Shown in pieces: positions 1-12,722 of a DNA stretch of 49,427 nt. Within the stretch, counting starts at the first letter, position 1. Each line of letters opens with the position of its first letter. Position numbers and translations under genes: made by a program. Origin of the DNA: Trichoplax sp. H2 (lineage: Eukaryota); NCBI GenBank assembly GCA_003344405.1, contig NOWV01000222.1, forward strand, positions 62,001 through 111,427. Reading direction: 5' to 3'. Below the pieces are notes generated by a model. It made no database searches, had not been told where the DNA came from, and saw only the letters and a program-made list of their open reading frames with translations.

Positions 1-207
1 AATCGAATAATTATAATTAAGGATTGAAAATGGTGTAGCGCTTAGTTGAAAAGATAATTTTTAGCATAGAACTCTATAATATCATAATTATATTCAATTT
101 TCCGCAAATTGAAAATGCGAGTATATAAATTGTAGTTCATGTTGGACCGCTAAATATTGTATCAATTCATGACCTCACCCTTTAAATCACTATTTGTGGT
201 TAGTCAT

Positions 208-2860
208 TTACCTACCTACTTCACATATATATCTTACACTAAAAGAACAGTCGATGTCCCTCCAGTACCAGGTGATGGATGGATAAAGATTACACTGATA
301 AACAACACATTTTTGCGACGTAGAAAAAGGAGCCTGGTGCGATGGTGTAGAGTAAAACCAGTCGTTGTATCCGTAGAAGGCGATACTTTTACCTGTTCTT
401 AGCCATTTATGACTACTATCCTTATCATCACCGACTACATCTTCGACACCGATATAAGTCCACAACGTATTGGTACCCATGACAGTAGTTGTAATAAAGT
501 CGTTAACCTCGGATGAATCAATGTAAACCAGGGTCGCTCCAGGTTCTAGGCTATTGCAAGCGTCTTTAGCCATACTAAATGTCTGTGGTGTGTCAACAAA
601 TTTAAAGCAACGCGACTCATATTTATGCCAACCAACAGGACAACCACCTACTAATATGCAATAAATTAAAAAGTTGACATTGAACGAGCTTTAAGCTATT
701 TTAACTTATGCGAAATTACTGTTAAGAATGATTTAATCGAAAGAACCATGATATTGATGTTTTTACTGTATGGACATTTCAGTATAGCAATTCTATATTA
801 GCAGTTATCGTAACGAACTGGTGTTAATGAGTTAATTCTGTAAATAAGCTTTCATTATATTATCTATGCGACGATATTATAGCCCCCCCCCCGTATTTTA
901 AGGTATTTACGGCGTGTTATGTGATCGCACTAGTCACTTACTGTACACCTATTCGATAAATTTAGAGTAGTAACGTTACGTTAGATGTAAAATACTCATT
1001 TTTCAAGATTAGACTGAGAATGTATAACGTATAAAATACGTATAGATTACATTACTGTCGCTGCTTGAGGCCTTTGATCTATTTGCTACGCGGCTAACTT
1101 GTATCTGTGTTGTCTCCTAACTCTAACTATTAATAAACGCGGTCTACTCCCGATCATCTAAAATTAGTCTCCATCAAAAATACTTGACGCTAAAGGGTAT
1201 CTATCAATTTGCTTACGAGTATCACAGTGCTGTACACTAAACAAATATTGATCTTTGAAGGGAAAATGATCTAAGTTGTGGGTGCTTATTAACAACGGTA
1301 CGAAATCGATATCCACAGTTTTTGTATGGTTAATATACGATGCATTAGTTTTAATGTATCTATACTTTTCCAATAATGTAGAAGCCAATGTCTTTGCCGA
1401 ATTTTGTGGTATACAGTAATATAGAGCAATATCTCACTAGGAAGTTAGATCTACCAGGAAAAAATAAGAGTATCTTGATAATATTTAAAGTTACGAGGAA
1501 ATACGTATGCTGTGGCTATTACAATACTTGATTTAAAAAATTAATTTGCAATATCGTTTGTCCCTGAAATTTACACATTGTTTACATTCGGCTAATCCGA
1601 AAAAATACTGCGTAAATAAGTCAGCACGGTATTCTGGAATTTGCGATTTATTTGAATAAAGAAGAATTAGAGACTTATCTATGAAATTTATATCGCTTTG
1701 GAAATCGTTAAAAGGAATTTGTGAGGATATTAGAAGTATGAGTTATGCACTACATTAATATTTTATGGAAAATAACATACCTGCAATAGAACCCCATAGG
1801 ATTACCTATAATGAAGGTGGTAAAGTCTGCAGTTAAATCCTCTATTATTAACAAATAGGGCTTAAGATAAATAAAAAGTAAAAAAAGAAGCGAATTATTT
1901 TTCATAAATTCAATTATTTGATGTACAATAGCACGGCTCTGAACAGCGACGGAATTACAAAGTAGGAGTTTTAGGATAATGTCTACAACTGCTTTCAGCG
2001 CTGATCCAAAAGTTTATAGTACTAGCTATATTGATCTATAATTTACGTCTACTCTGATATCAGAGAAATAAATTTCTTTACTTTACGATAGAATCACGTC
2101 CTAAGGTTTCAAATCGAATACGTGATTACAGTAATAAGGTTACTATTCATCAGCAATTTATGCGCAGTATCGTTATATGAAACAAAGTTTCGTTTTCAAG
2201 TTATGATAGTCGAACTTGTTGTTTGAGAGGTTAGCTGATGAAATAGATCAAATCACTTGCAAATTTTATATACAGTACAGCATCTAATGAAATGCTAGAA
2301 CTAACTTCTCTTTTAGCTCATAATGCTTTAATTTTGACTGTCAAAAATAGTGAATTCCTAAACTTTCGAAAACCAAAAATGTCACCAATATATAATCTCG
2401 ATTACAGTAGGGCATTCGACTTGCTAGTGCTGAATTTGCTTAGAAGAGAAATTATAGGATACTTGTATTAATAGAAGTATGATACAATTTTCATGGTGAA
2501 AGTAAAATTAGACTAGTTATGCCAATCTGAAAGAAAGCTTGTACAGACGACGACATTTATAACAATGATATCTATAATCGATTCGACCTATTTTATGCTT
2601 TCAGTGGTAAAAAGTATCTTTAGGAGAAAGTAAATGCAAGACATCGTCGCAAGTTTAATACAATATCTCATTAAACTTCTTATTTACGACTATAGGTGTA
2701 GTTTTTTTCGGTTTTTCAATAATTGTTAACAGTTTTAACCACAAATTTATTCTAAATTTAAAAATTTCGTTAGAAAACAAAGTTATAATATTCTAGCGAT
2801 TACTTTCATATTACTGACCAAAGTACTAACCAGGATTACCCAAAGTGATCGAACTTGCAT
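208..2860 (-). CDS. Secreted/cell-surface C-type lectin domain protein, 5' portion (may continue beyond the left edge)
   Basis: Exon 647/650 down to ~215 or 208 translates GGCPVGWHKYESRCFKF...FSMAKDACNSL...LVYIDSSEVNDFI...YIGV...C...WYWRDIDCSFSVRYICE, a canonical long-form CTLD. Candidate upstream GT-AG exons 2860-2831 (MQVRSLWVIL), 1805-1781 (VILWGSIA), 1078-1056 and 948-942 join in frame and give a signal peptide. The end is either the stop at 208-210 or a G|gtaggt donor near 215. Confidence 0.8.
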
Positions 2861-5800
2861 CAGTCTTGATAGGAGCGAGCATAGAAGATTAAAGTTGAAA
2901 AAGCAATTTTATTATTTGCCGATTGGGAGTTATACAAAACAGTAAATTAACTATAAGGGGGAAATGGGCATGAATTTAAATGCAACTGAATATACGATTC
3001 ATCAACTGATTGTACTTTTGTAGTCCCGTAAATTGCAGTTGATAAACGAAAGGAACCGTCATCAATATTGCATGACTTGGCTCACTTAATAATTCACAAA
3101 TGTTAAAACAGTGTAATGCGGGAAATTTTCATTGCAATATGATTACTTAAACGTTTCACTCTAATATACGATTATCATTACTATATGATACTTTATTCTA
3201 TCAATCTATCCATGTTTAGATTACCTTCCGTAATACCATTATTTAAGTAATTGGGACCATGAATCTTTGATGATTTAATTCCTTTATCAACTGATACATC
3301 ATTTTATTCTATGTTGGTATGCTATTAGAAATATCGATTCATTATATTACGAATGAGAATTGCGATACAATACTGATTAAGAATCATATTATGTCATCCA
3401 ATAAAAATCGATTACTTTCGATGCTTAGTTCAGGATATCTTGATTAATCTTTCATTAATTTCAATTGCATTCAAATCAACTTAAGTACGTTGTTGGGCAT
3501 TTAGAACGAAAGCTTTCGTTCAAATCCAGACCGATGCATTCATTATAGGATATTTGAAAGCGTCGGGTGCGTTACTCAATTGTTAAAAAACTGACAGTGT
3601 ACCAATAAAGAATTAATTATAAATTCTGGGAGTAATTTCCGCCTTATTAAAAATTTTAAGAAGGACAATAACTTTGTGTCGGTTATTTGGTGAAGTTCAT
3701 CGCCTTAATTCTACTTTTATTTTCAATTATATCATAATAAAATAAGACATTTTTGGATCTGTCGCGATGATTGCAAATGTAAAAGATAATATACGTAAAT
3801 GCGGCATTTGCTTCTCAGCGATAGACGATCGAAGCAAATTTTAGTGCAAAACGTAAAAAAATGAAAAGCAAATACATAAACGAACTCAATTCTTAATATT
3901 GGAGCTTTTACTTAGTGCTTCCTTTACATGGTATTCATATAAAAGCAAACTGTAACAGCAGAATAGAGTTGACCCGTAAATATAACCCTTCTTAATTACG
4001 ATAATTTGCCACAAAAGCAAGGCAGTGCTAGACATATTTGTTTATTTTATCATTGTTGAATAGATGTGGTCACCTAAGCATCTCTTTCGCATTCTGTTTG
4101 CATTTACTTTGAGTTATTGAATAAATGATACTGCCAGTCCTATACTAGGTATTAACAATACCTTCACTGATCCATGCATTATTACGATCTTGTCCGATTT
4201 CTATCAGAGAATAAATTAAATAAAACACCTTATTTATGATAAATGGATGCCAGCATTTCAACGTGTATTGAACTTTTCCATTTATTCTTTTAATTAATGC
4301 GTTTAAACTTTTCATTGTTATTGCTTACTTCCAATGTCAATAAAATATGTATACTATAACGGATATTTATATGTGTTTATAATGACTTAATTCATTCGAA
4401 GTAAACTTTGACTTTTCAACTAATTTAATGTTGATTAATAAGTTAATAAATAACATTCCATTTGATAATTTACTCGTTATATTAAGGACATATTTATTTA
4501 AATTCGGGTTAACCAGGTATTATTATTAGCTAGCTATTTCATAAAAATATTTTAATTTCGAGCATGAAACTAACTTTTAAAATAACAGTAGAATACTTAA
4601 AAATATTTATTTTTACTACTGGTTTTAAAGCAAACTGCATAGAATTATGCGCATTGCAGAAAGATAAAGTGAAAAGTTTAAGTGTATCTAGCACGCAAAG
4701 TATAACGAGCACAGTTTCTACTAGTATTTACGGCACACATCAGTGTTCTAACAAATACGCTACAATGTTCAATTTCCGAATAAAAAATAGATGGTATAGA
4801 TATATCATAAATATACGATTAACACTGGCATAACGGGCATTTTTTTTAGAAGTTCATTCCAACGGCAGGTATACTAGTAATTATTTTGGAATAAACATTT
4901 CATTCATCTAAGTATAATATAACAATACTACATAATACAAAATATTGGAAAATTACGAGTTTAAGTATCTCGTATATGTCATACGGTAGCACTGTAGCTT
5001 GGCAAAGCTTAATCTAGATGTCTATCAGGAAATAATGTATTACTTTGCCTTACTAAGTTAAATTCTTAAATGAAGTATCAGTACTGCCTTGGCTCTGGAA
5101 GTGCGTACATTTTTTATCGTATAAATAAGCTTAAAAAGTTTTGCTTTTAAAGGTTGGAATAAATACTATATAAGATGAAACATCAAACTGTTGCGCTATA
5201 GGATTCCTTAAAGGTATACACATTTACGCATTATACAATCTACAGGTTCTATAAACGAACGAACGAACGTGCATTCCTTTATTCGAGTAATGCTCTACAA
5301 TTAATTATAGTGCACAGGTATCCTCTTAATCTAGTGTGAAGATTTATCGTTGAAAATGAGCTCTTGCTCTATTTAGGAAGACTAGCACCCATCACTTATT
5401 TAAATGTTGCAGATACCAATAGTAATCAAAACCAATGTTGTCCTGAGGCTACAAATTGCTAATAATTATAATTGGCGGCGCCGTAATCTTTAGTTCAGCG
5501 GTACATAGAACTTGAATGCAAATTATTTTTCATAGCTTTAGTGAGATTGTGTTCCGTTATGTTATTTCTTGCTTATAAATTGCGAGCATCAGCAATCCTT
5601 ACGGTTCATACGACGTATGTCTGAAAGAGGTATTACATTTTAAAGTCTGCATAAACCATTACGCTAATGTTCTTGTCTGCGCATATCAAAAATACGCCTA
5701 AATTATGTATAATAGCAAGCAGAAGAAATTAAATTAAATTAAATTATTCCCAATTATTACATTATTTATTGTTCAGCCCACATTCCATAATGTTATTGGA

Positions 5801-6135
5801 AAGGAAGCATGATGATTGCTTTCATAGATGGACCAGTAATTCCAATTGAATTAAACCATGACATGAATTAATTCCTATTACTGGCAGAATCCTTTACAAA
5901 TAAACTCCATGACTTTTAATCTTATTACAAGCGTTGTGAGATCTTTTAAACGTATTCCCCATATGATGAATATGCGTATGTACTGTACCTCTCTCGAGAT
6001 AATAATGAATTAATAATAGGCGGTCTCGTCAATCATATACTGTATGAGGATTTGATTGTAAGATTAAATAGTTTGACCGTATATTGATGCTAATTAGGTA
6101 CTGTCGTCCGTTGTACTTTGGTAGAACTAATTTAT

Positions 6136-6702
6136 GTACTACAGTAAAGTCTAGAAGAAATCGAAGTTCTTATTATATCATTACTGAGACACTTTATCGT
6201 AACATTCTTGTTGTAGCCGTATCATTTCGTAAAGACTATAATGTCGCCGACACAATACACAGTAGTCCATTATGAGAATATCTATGTACATATTTAGTAA
6301 TGTATTATAGTGATGGCGCTAACTTAATTCTCAGTGGTTAACACTGGAATTCGCAGTAGAAATCGATTTAAGCGCGTGTGTTTGTAGAATAAATCAGTAG
6401 TTGCTCAAGAATGGTGCAAGACTCGTATAGTGAAGAATAGTGTAATATATTCAGTTATCTATGGAGTTCAGCCGAGAAATTGAGTTGTAGTATATCACTA
6501 ACATGGGAACTGGAGATACTGGGAGAAGTAACCCGAGTTATTATAGTTACACGAGAGATTCTTTACTTCGTTAATTGACGTTTCCTTTGTCACAAGAGAG
6601 AGTTGTGGCAGTACTATAGTAAAGTCGACAAGAAATGGAAGTTGTTATCATATCATTACTGAGACACTTTATCGTCCTATTCTTGTTGAAGCTGTATCAC
6701 TT
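6136..6702. repeat. Dispersed ~90 bp imperfect direct repeat (6136-~6227 and 6611-~6702)
   Basis: Both copies read gtactaYagtaaagtc..aagaaat.gaagtt.ttat.atatcattactgagacactttatcgt...attcttgttg.agc.gtatca. Confidence 0.85.
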
Positions 6703-7737
6703 ACAGTATGACTTTTAATCATTCTATATATAATACTACTTTACAGTATGCTGTATATGGAATTGCTCTATATATAACAGCTACACTGTAGTTCATTAGG
6801 GGTATGTAGTAGCTGCAGCACCATGAACTAGTAGTTTATCCAGGACTACGGTAGTTTTAAAAGCGTGTTACAGTGGCCCGCTGTAACTGAAAAACAATTT
6901 TATCGATTGACTGATATATTTGTTACGATTCGGAGAGTCTAATCAATAAATAGCTTCGACGAAGCTATCGCCACCACCGTGCACCTGTCCGTTGAAGCTT
7001 ATATCGGAGACTGCTGTAATAAAATATTTGTATCTCCAGTCCTATAGTACTGTACTAGTTTAAGTGTATGTACTAGGGACTCCCTCCATGAAAAAAATAA
7101 TAATTAATTTCTATCTATAGTAATTCTAATGATACTGCAGCTTCCATTTCTGCAAATCGTAGACTACAACGGGTCACTAAGTTTTGCCTGGCACATCTCC
7201 CTCTCTTGGCTTTATTATTATTATTTATTTTTATCCATAGCAGTATTTACAGAACACGGTTGATTGATTATTCAGCTATACAACAGTGGAGTGTGCACGC
7301 CGGTCCAGTGCAACAACAGTCGATACGGCAGGCACTTTGCCATTTATTAGGAGAAGAACTCGTCTTCATCAAATTCTTCTCCTTATTTCTTCTACCTACA
7401 ATATGTTGCACTTTTCGTTCTGGACGACTCTAGAAAAGTCGACCATGTTGATGACTGCGACAACGACTGATGACCGATTGACCCGTATTGCTCTTGAACC
7501 TGTATTCTGCTCAGATACGCACGCGCATACCGGCTTGGAGTTGTCTATCAATGACTGGACACGGCCGATAAACGACGTGGACGAATTTCATTGGCGACTT
7601 TGAAGTTCAATAGTCAGTCGTTTGAGTGAATGCCTTCTTGCCCTGGCAGCTGATTGGTGCATCTCGACTTGTAGATCGTTTGGTGTTGCAGTCGGATAAA
7701 GTAAGGTCAAGCGTGTGGTGACTTCACTCCTACAAAG

Positions 7738-10700
7738 ATGGCGGGCAGAAAACATTGGCCTCGATTTGGCAGTTTCTTTGCTTTTCTCCTTGTTCTCCTT
7801 CTATGCAATAGGATAGTCAATGCCAAGGAAGAAGATGAAGATAATGGCAAAGACCGAGTTATGAAACGCTGTATCGACTGTCGTAAATTGGCTGTTTCCT
7901 TCGAAATTGTACGTATATAATCAATCTGCTTGACCGATAACACTTACTCGATGGTATTACACCTGAGCATGCAACTTCATTCACTACTGTCCAAGATGAA
8001 AGCTAGCCAGAAGGATTAAATGGGTTACTTACTTTTATTATTCAAAGTACAGTGCACTTTACTCATCTAATATTCGTCAATGGCCCGATCATTATTCTTG
8101 ACAGCATTTCAGAATCTTGTTTGGTATCCTGCTAAACTTCCATTGAAAAATTCACTGTGTCTGCAACGGAATCTAGTGTATTACTCTGCCAACCATTTGG
8201 CGTCGTTTCAAAGACTATTTCTCGCTTTTTCATTATTTTCTCTTAATTTGCTTAGCCATTACTCTCCTTAGCCAGAATAATTCAACTGTCAATCAACCCG
8301 AATAACTGGCATGACTTTATGAATGTGGTAATGTAAGGGGCCCGCTCTCTATTTTCTTTCTCCTCCACATTGCAACTCGCTCGACACAACAGTTAACTGC
8401 TTGTGTAAACTTGTAGCTTGTGTGAACTGACAAAATCATGCAGACGCCGTTTCGTACCTATCGTAGTCCTGTATATACCAGATATACTAAATGGACTAGA
8501 CCAGTCTATGCGTATACTGTACGTAATTTAGTTTCGTACCTCTTTGCAAATTTCGGTGAAGAATGTTGACTTCCATTAAGTCAATACCTGACGTCAGTAC
8601 TTGCAATGATTATTCTTTGCATTCTTTGGTAGCTAACATGATACATGACAACCCTAGCCCTAACATGAAACTTGCAATAATGATTGTATTTTTCTCTTAA
8701 GAGCCTCGTAAAATCTTTTTATATTTCAAAAGATGATGGCTGATCCTATTTCATGTACAGTTACAAATTGTGCAGCTTTGTTACACTTGTGATTATAAAT
8801 TTTATTGGACTACAGAAAACTGCGATCAAGTCAATTTCACGGACCCACTCAATCAATACCACACTGTAAAACTTCCGTACTAGTGAAATTGACTTGATCC
8901 AAAAACTGGATAGGTTACGGTATTCATAATTGTCCAAGTTGATTCCATTTTTTACACCTTCTTACCAGTGTTAAAAAATTAAATAAGGGTTATTGGTGAT
9001 TCGTGGCTGTTGACTTGGGTTATTTAACCGGGGCTATAACCGACAGCCAGCCAACACTATGGAATATCGGACATAGCATTATATAGACCAGTCGAACATT
9101 TGCTTCCCGAACGGGATGCAATGGTACTTTTTACATGACATTATTAATGATACGGTGTTCATGGAACTGTGTGTACGTATTTGCACAATACATCAAAGAA
9201 CTTAAGAAGTGTATTCAACATCCAGCTGTGAGTTGGATCATACTTTCATGCTTAACTAGGCCATTAAAGTTGTTTGCATGTATCAGATAGACTTGGTTCA
9301 AGAGTTTCATGTCGGCCTTTCGTTTCTACACTTGCATCTCCAATCGGATAGTGATTTAGCTTGGCATATTTGCTCTCTGACTTGCTAACATATAATGTGT
9401 AATGATATGCTTACTGCAAACCGAGTAATTTGTGCGTAACACTTGAAGTTAATTACGTAGCAGTATGTATAATCCATGGGTATATTTGCGAAATTTATTC
9501 TGTAAAGAGCCTTATGTATAAGACATTTCAGTATATCATGCTATCGTTGTCCATTTTAGGGACTAGACTTGACAAACAGGAAAGGCTATGGAGGTGGTGA
9601 TGTTGTCTGGGAAGAGAAAAAATTGGGAAAGTACGAAAACAGGTATGAGTAAATGATTTAGATATCTATGTTTCTTCAGCTGATTATGTGCACTCAAATA
9701 GCAATCGTCATTTATTTAAAATCATATACAACTTGGATATTGTAATTGCAACTGCTGTGAATTGATGAAGCAAAATAAAAGTTCCCATAATGCTAACGTA
9801 ACATTGGGTTACACAGATTAGCAAAAGAACTAATTGTTTTAGTTTTAAAATAAGGAGCTGCTTCTTAAATACCGTGCGAACACATGCTGCTACGTGTACT
9901 GTTGTACGATATAATTAGATGACACAGTAAAAACTCGTATTGTTATTATTTCAGCGAATGTAACTTTTGTTAGGCAATTTTAAACAAGCTCATTTGTAAT
10001 ATACTAGTTGACATCTGAAAGATCGTATTGTTAACTTGCATAAATGCATACGTGATGGGTATAGAAAGAAGACAAATTCAAATGATACTGGTATTTATCA
10101 TCATAATGACAATTGTTAACCATCTAAATTTTATTACTTTATAGTGAAATGCGTTTATTGGATATAACAGAAAAGATATGTAAGCCAAAAGACTTTCAGG
10201 TAACTGATGTGCAATAATTATAATTATTACCAAAGCAAACTTTTTGCCCTCGCACCGACAATATCTGCTACTTCCCACCAATCCTAAACACGGAGCAAAA
10301 TAAGATTTTCCAGTTGCAATGATGTACAATGATTACCTTGCATAACATGAATTGTAAATACGCAATCTGACTTCACGTGTATCGTTATTCCTGCGGTTAT
10401 AACTAGTCGTGCACGTTTGACAATGAAACGAAATCAATTATTCATAAGTCCGCACATGTTATCATTGATATGGTTACTTGGTTGTAAATGGTATAACGCG
10501 CTCTTTTGAAAAAAATAGCAAGTACAATATAAATCGTACTGTAGGCAAGCCACTAAACACATAGTGATTTAGTTTCTTTCTGCAATCCAGATTTATAGCA
10601 ATAACCCATTATTTATCTTGTATCTAAAAATTGTTAGTGTAATACAATGCTTGAAAATTACGAAGATGAAATCGAAAAATGGTTCTTCAAACTGTACGTT

Positions 10701-12070
10701 AGTAGTTTTAAAGCAAAAAATTGATAAATTGCATTGGTTATGCATTACAATGCTATCGATGTTATTCCAATAACGACAAATCAAGACCTGTTTAAATATT
10801 GTCATCTTGATTAATGAATGAAATAAATAGGAGACAAGATGAAACAGATTTTGCCGAGTGGTTTTGTGAAAAAACGCTCAAAGGTGATAAGATAGATTAC
10901 TAACATTGTGAGGGTATTGTTACTGTTGGCACGTCGTGTATGGTACATATTTAATTAATTTATTGATACGAGTATTTTTATTAAATTTAGTTTGCTGCCC
11001 ATTTAATACCTTTGGCCCAGATTGTCAAGGTAAAAGAAATTCGATCAGAATAATTTTGTTACCTAATTTTTTATACAATTATCAACTTTTCTGAATTACT
11101 TTGACAACTTTTTGCGCCGCTAACATTAATCTTATTCTGATTAGCTTGCCCAGGAAATGGCGAATTTAGTTGTAGTCAGCATGGGAAATGCCATGTAAGT
11201 ACCTCATACTGAAAACTCCATGTTGTACTGGCCGGCCTAAATAATCGCTTCGTGTCGTTTCTAGGGAAATGGAACACGCTCTGGCAATGGTAGCTGTATT
11301 TGTGAAACTGGATATAGCGGATCAGTTTGTGAAAACTGTACTACGGGATATGTACAAAAAGGCTCAGAATGCAACGGTAATTATTAAAGTTGATCATAGA
11401 TTCAGCAGATCTGTATAAACTGATAGAAATTGAATATTTCTTTCATTGCATGAAATATCCGATAGCGTGCCACGTATCTTGTGATGGGGACTGTTTATCG
11501 GATGGTCCAAAAGGATGTATTAAATGTGCTTCAGGATGGACACATACAGAAGAATTAGGATGTACAGGCAAGGATTTGTACCTTTTTAGCCGAATATAAC
11601 GCCTTAATGATACTATTACAAGCGTTAAGTTCTATGTTGTTACTTCAGCCATTTAATTCTCCAAAAATGTTGCAAATCTTAATTCAAACATTGTCCTTAT
11701 GTTCCCTGACAAATTAGATATAAATGAATGTGAAGCTAACGCTTGTGATGTTTCGCTTGAAAATTGTGAAAACACGGAAGGTAGTTTCATCTGTACATGT
11801 AAAGAAGGGTTCCAGAAAGAAGGTGACGTTTGCGTTCCAGCTGAGCCTACTGAAGGAACTGAAAGCTCAACGGATGACAGTGCAGCTACAAATGGTATTG
11901 TATTTATGTTAACGTTATTAGTCGTAATGATTTTGTCATCAGTTTGGTATAGTATGGGAATCGTAGCATTGTTAGGTGTTGCCAGCGTCAGTACAGCTGT
12001 GTTGTTATCTTTGCAACCAGAAATTCGATTGTTGTGCATAAATAGGCTGCGGACACTGTTTAAATTTTAA
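7738..12070 (+). CDS. CRELD: CRELD-family protein, two-TM (CRELD1-like) isoform, ~357 aa
   Basis: Exons 7738-7908, 9560-9642, 10145-10199, 10638-10693, 10831-10883, 10991-11029, 11145-11194, 11265-11376, 11466-11567, 11718-12070 splice in frame. Signal peptide; CIDC (CXXC); WE-domain motifs GYGGGDVVWEEKKLGKYENSEMRLLDITEKIC and EIEKWFF...FAEWFCEKTLKVCCP; GNGTRSGNGSCIC EGF; furin-like repeat; cbEGF DINEC...CENTEGSFICTC; two hydrophobic segments at the end. Confidence 0.92.
8824..8899. repeat. 17 bp perfect inverted repeat in CRELD intron 1
   Basis: gatcaagtcaatttcac (8824-8840) and gtgaaattgacttgatc (8883-8899), 42 nt spacer. Confidence 0.9.
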
Positions 12071-12672
12071 TTGAAATAAGATATGCAATCTAGTTGACCT
12101 TCGAATTGGCTTTCGTTATGTTAACTAGAACATTTAGTTGATTCTATTCTTAAATAATTGGCTATCCGGTCTGAACAATTGCTCAATATTTCACTTTCAT
12201 TTTTAAAATCACTAAATTCTTGATTTAGTTGGCATATGGTAGTAGTGTGGATTTTAAAATCTAATCTATGACTAATTAATGGTAAATGCAGTCATTTAAG
12301 GTACTGTATTTATGTATTAATTGTCTTGTTTCCTTATCTTGAAATTACAAAACATTGTGAAGGTATTATTTTACAGCACTATGTTGTTATTTAAAATATT
12401 GCAGTAGATGAATGGAAAATATGTATTCGAACTGCAATTTTTGAATCCTAATTAATTGACTAAGATCGATGTAATTTATTGATAAAGAAATAGTATGGTA
12501 TGGGTAAATCATGGCTACATTTGCATTCTGTTTTTATGTTCTTTATCTATGATGCTATCAATACTGTATAAGCTGTAAGAATTTGATTGCGATAAATGAA
12601 AGTTGTTTTACTGATTTGATTTCATCGACGATGTGAAAATATATTTTCTGATTAAATTTTATGAATTTTCAG

Positions 12673-12722
12673 CTGTTGAAGAGGAGAAAGCTGCGGAAGT
12701 TGACTCACACGAAGAATTATAA
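12673..12722 (+). CDS. CRELD: Alternative terminal exon of CRELD encoding ...AVEEEKAAEVDSHEEL* (ER-retention, CRELD2-like isoform, ~315 aa)
   Basis: Acceptor ttttcag at 12666-12672. Joins in phase 1 with the internal donor AATG|gtattg at 11894/11895. Ends in KDEL-type HEEL followed by TAA. Confidence 0.75.
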
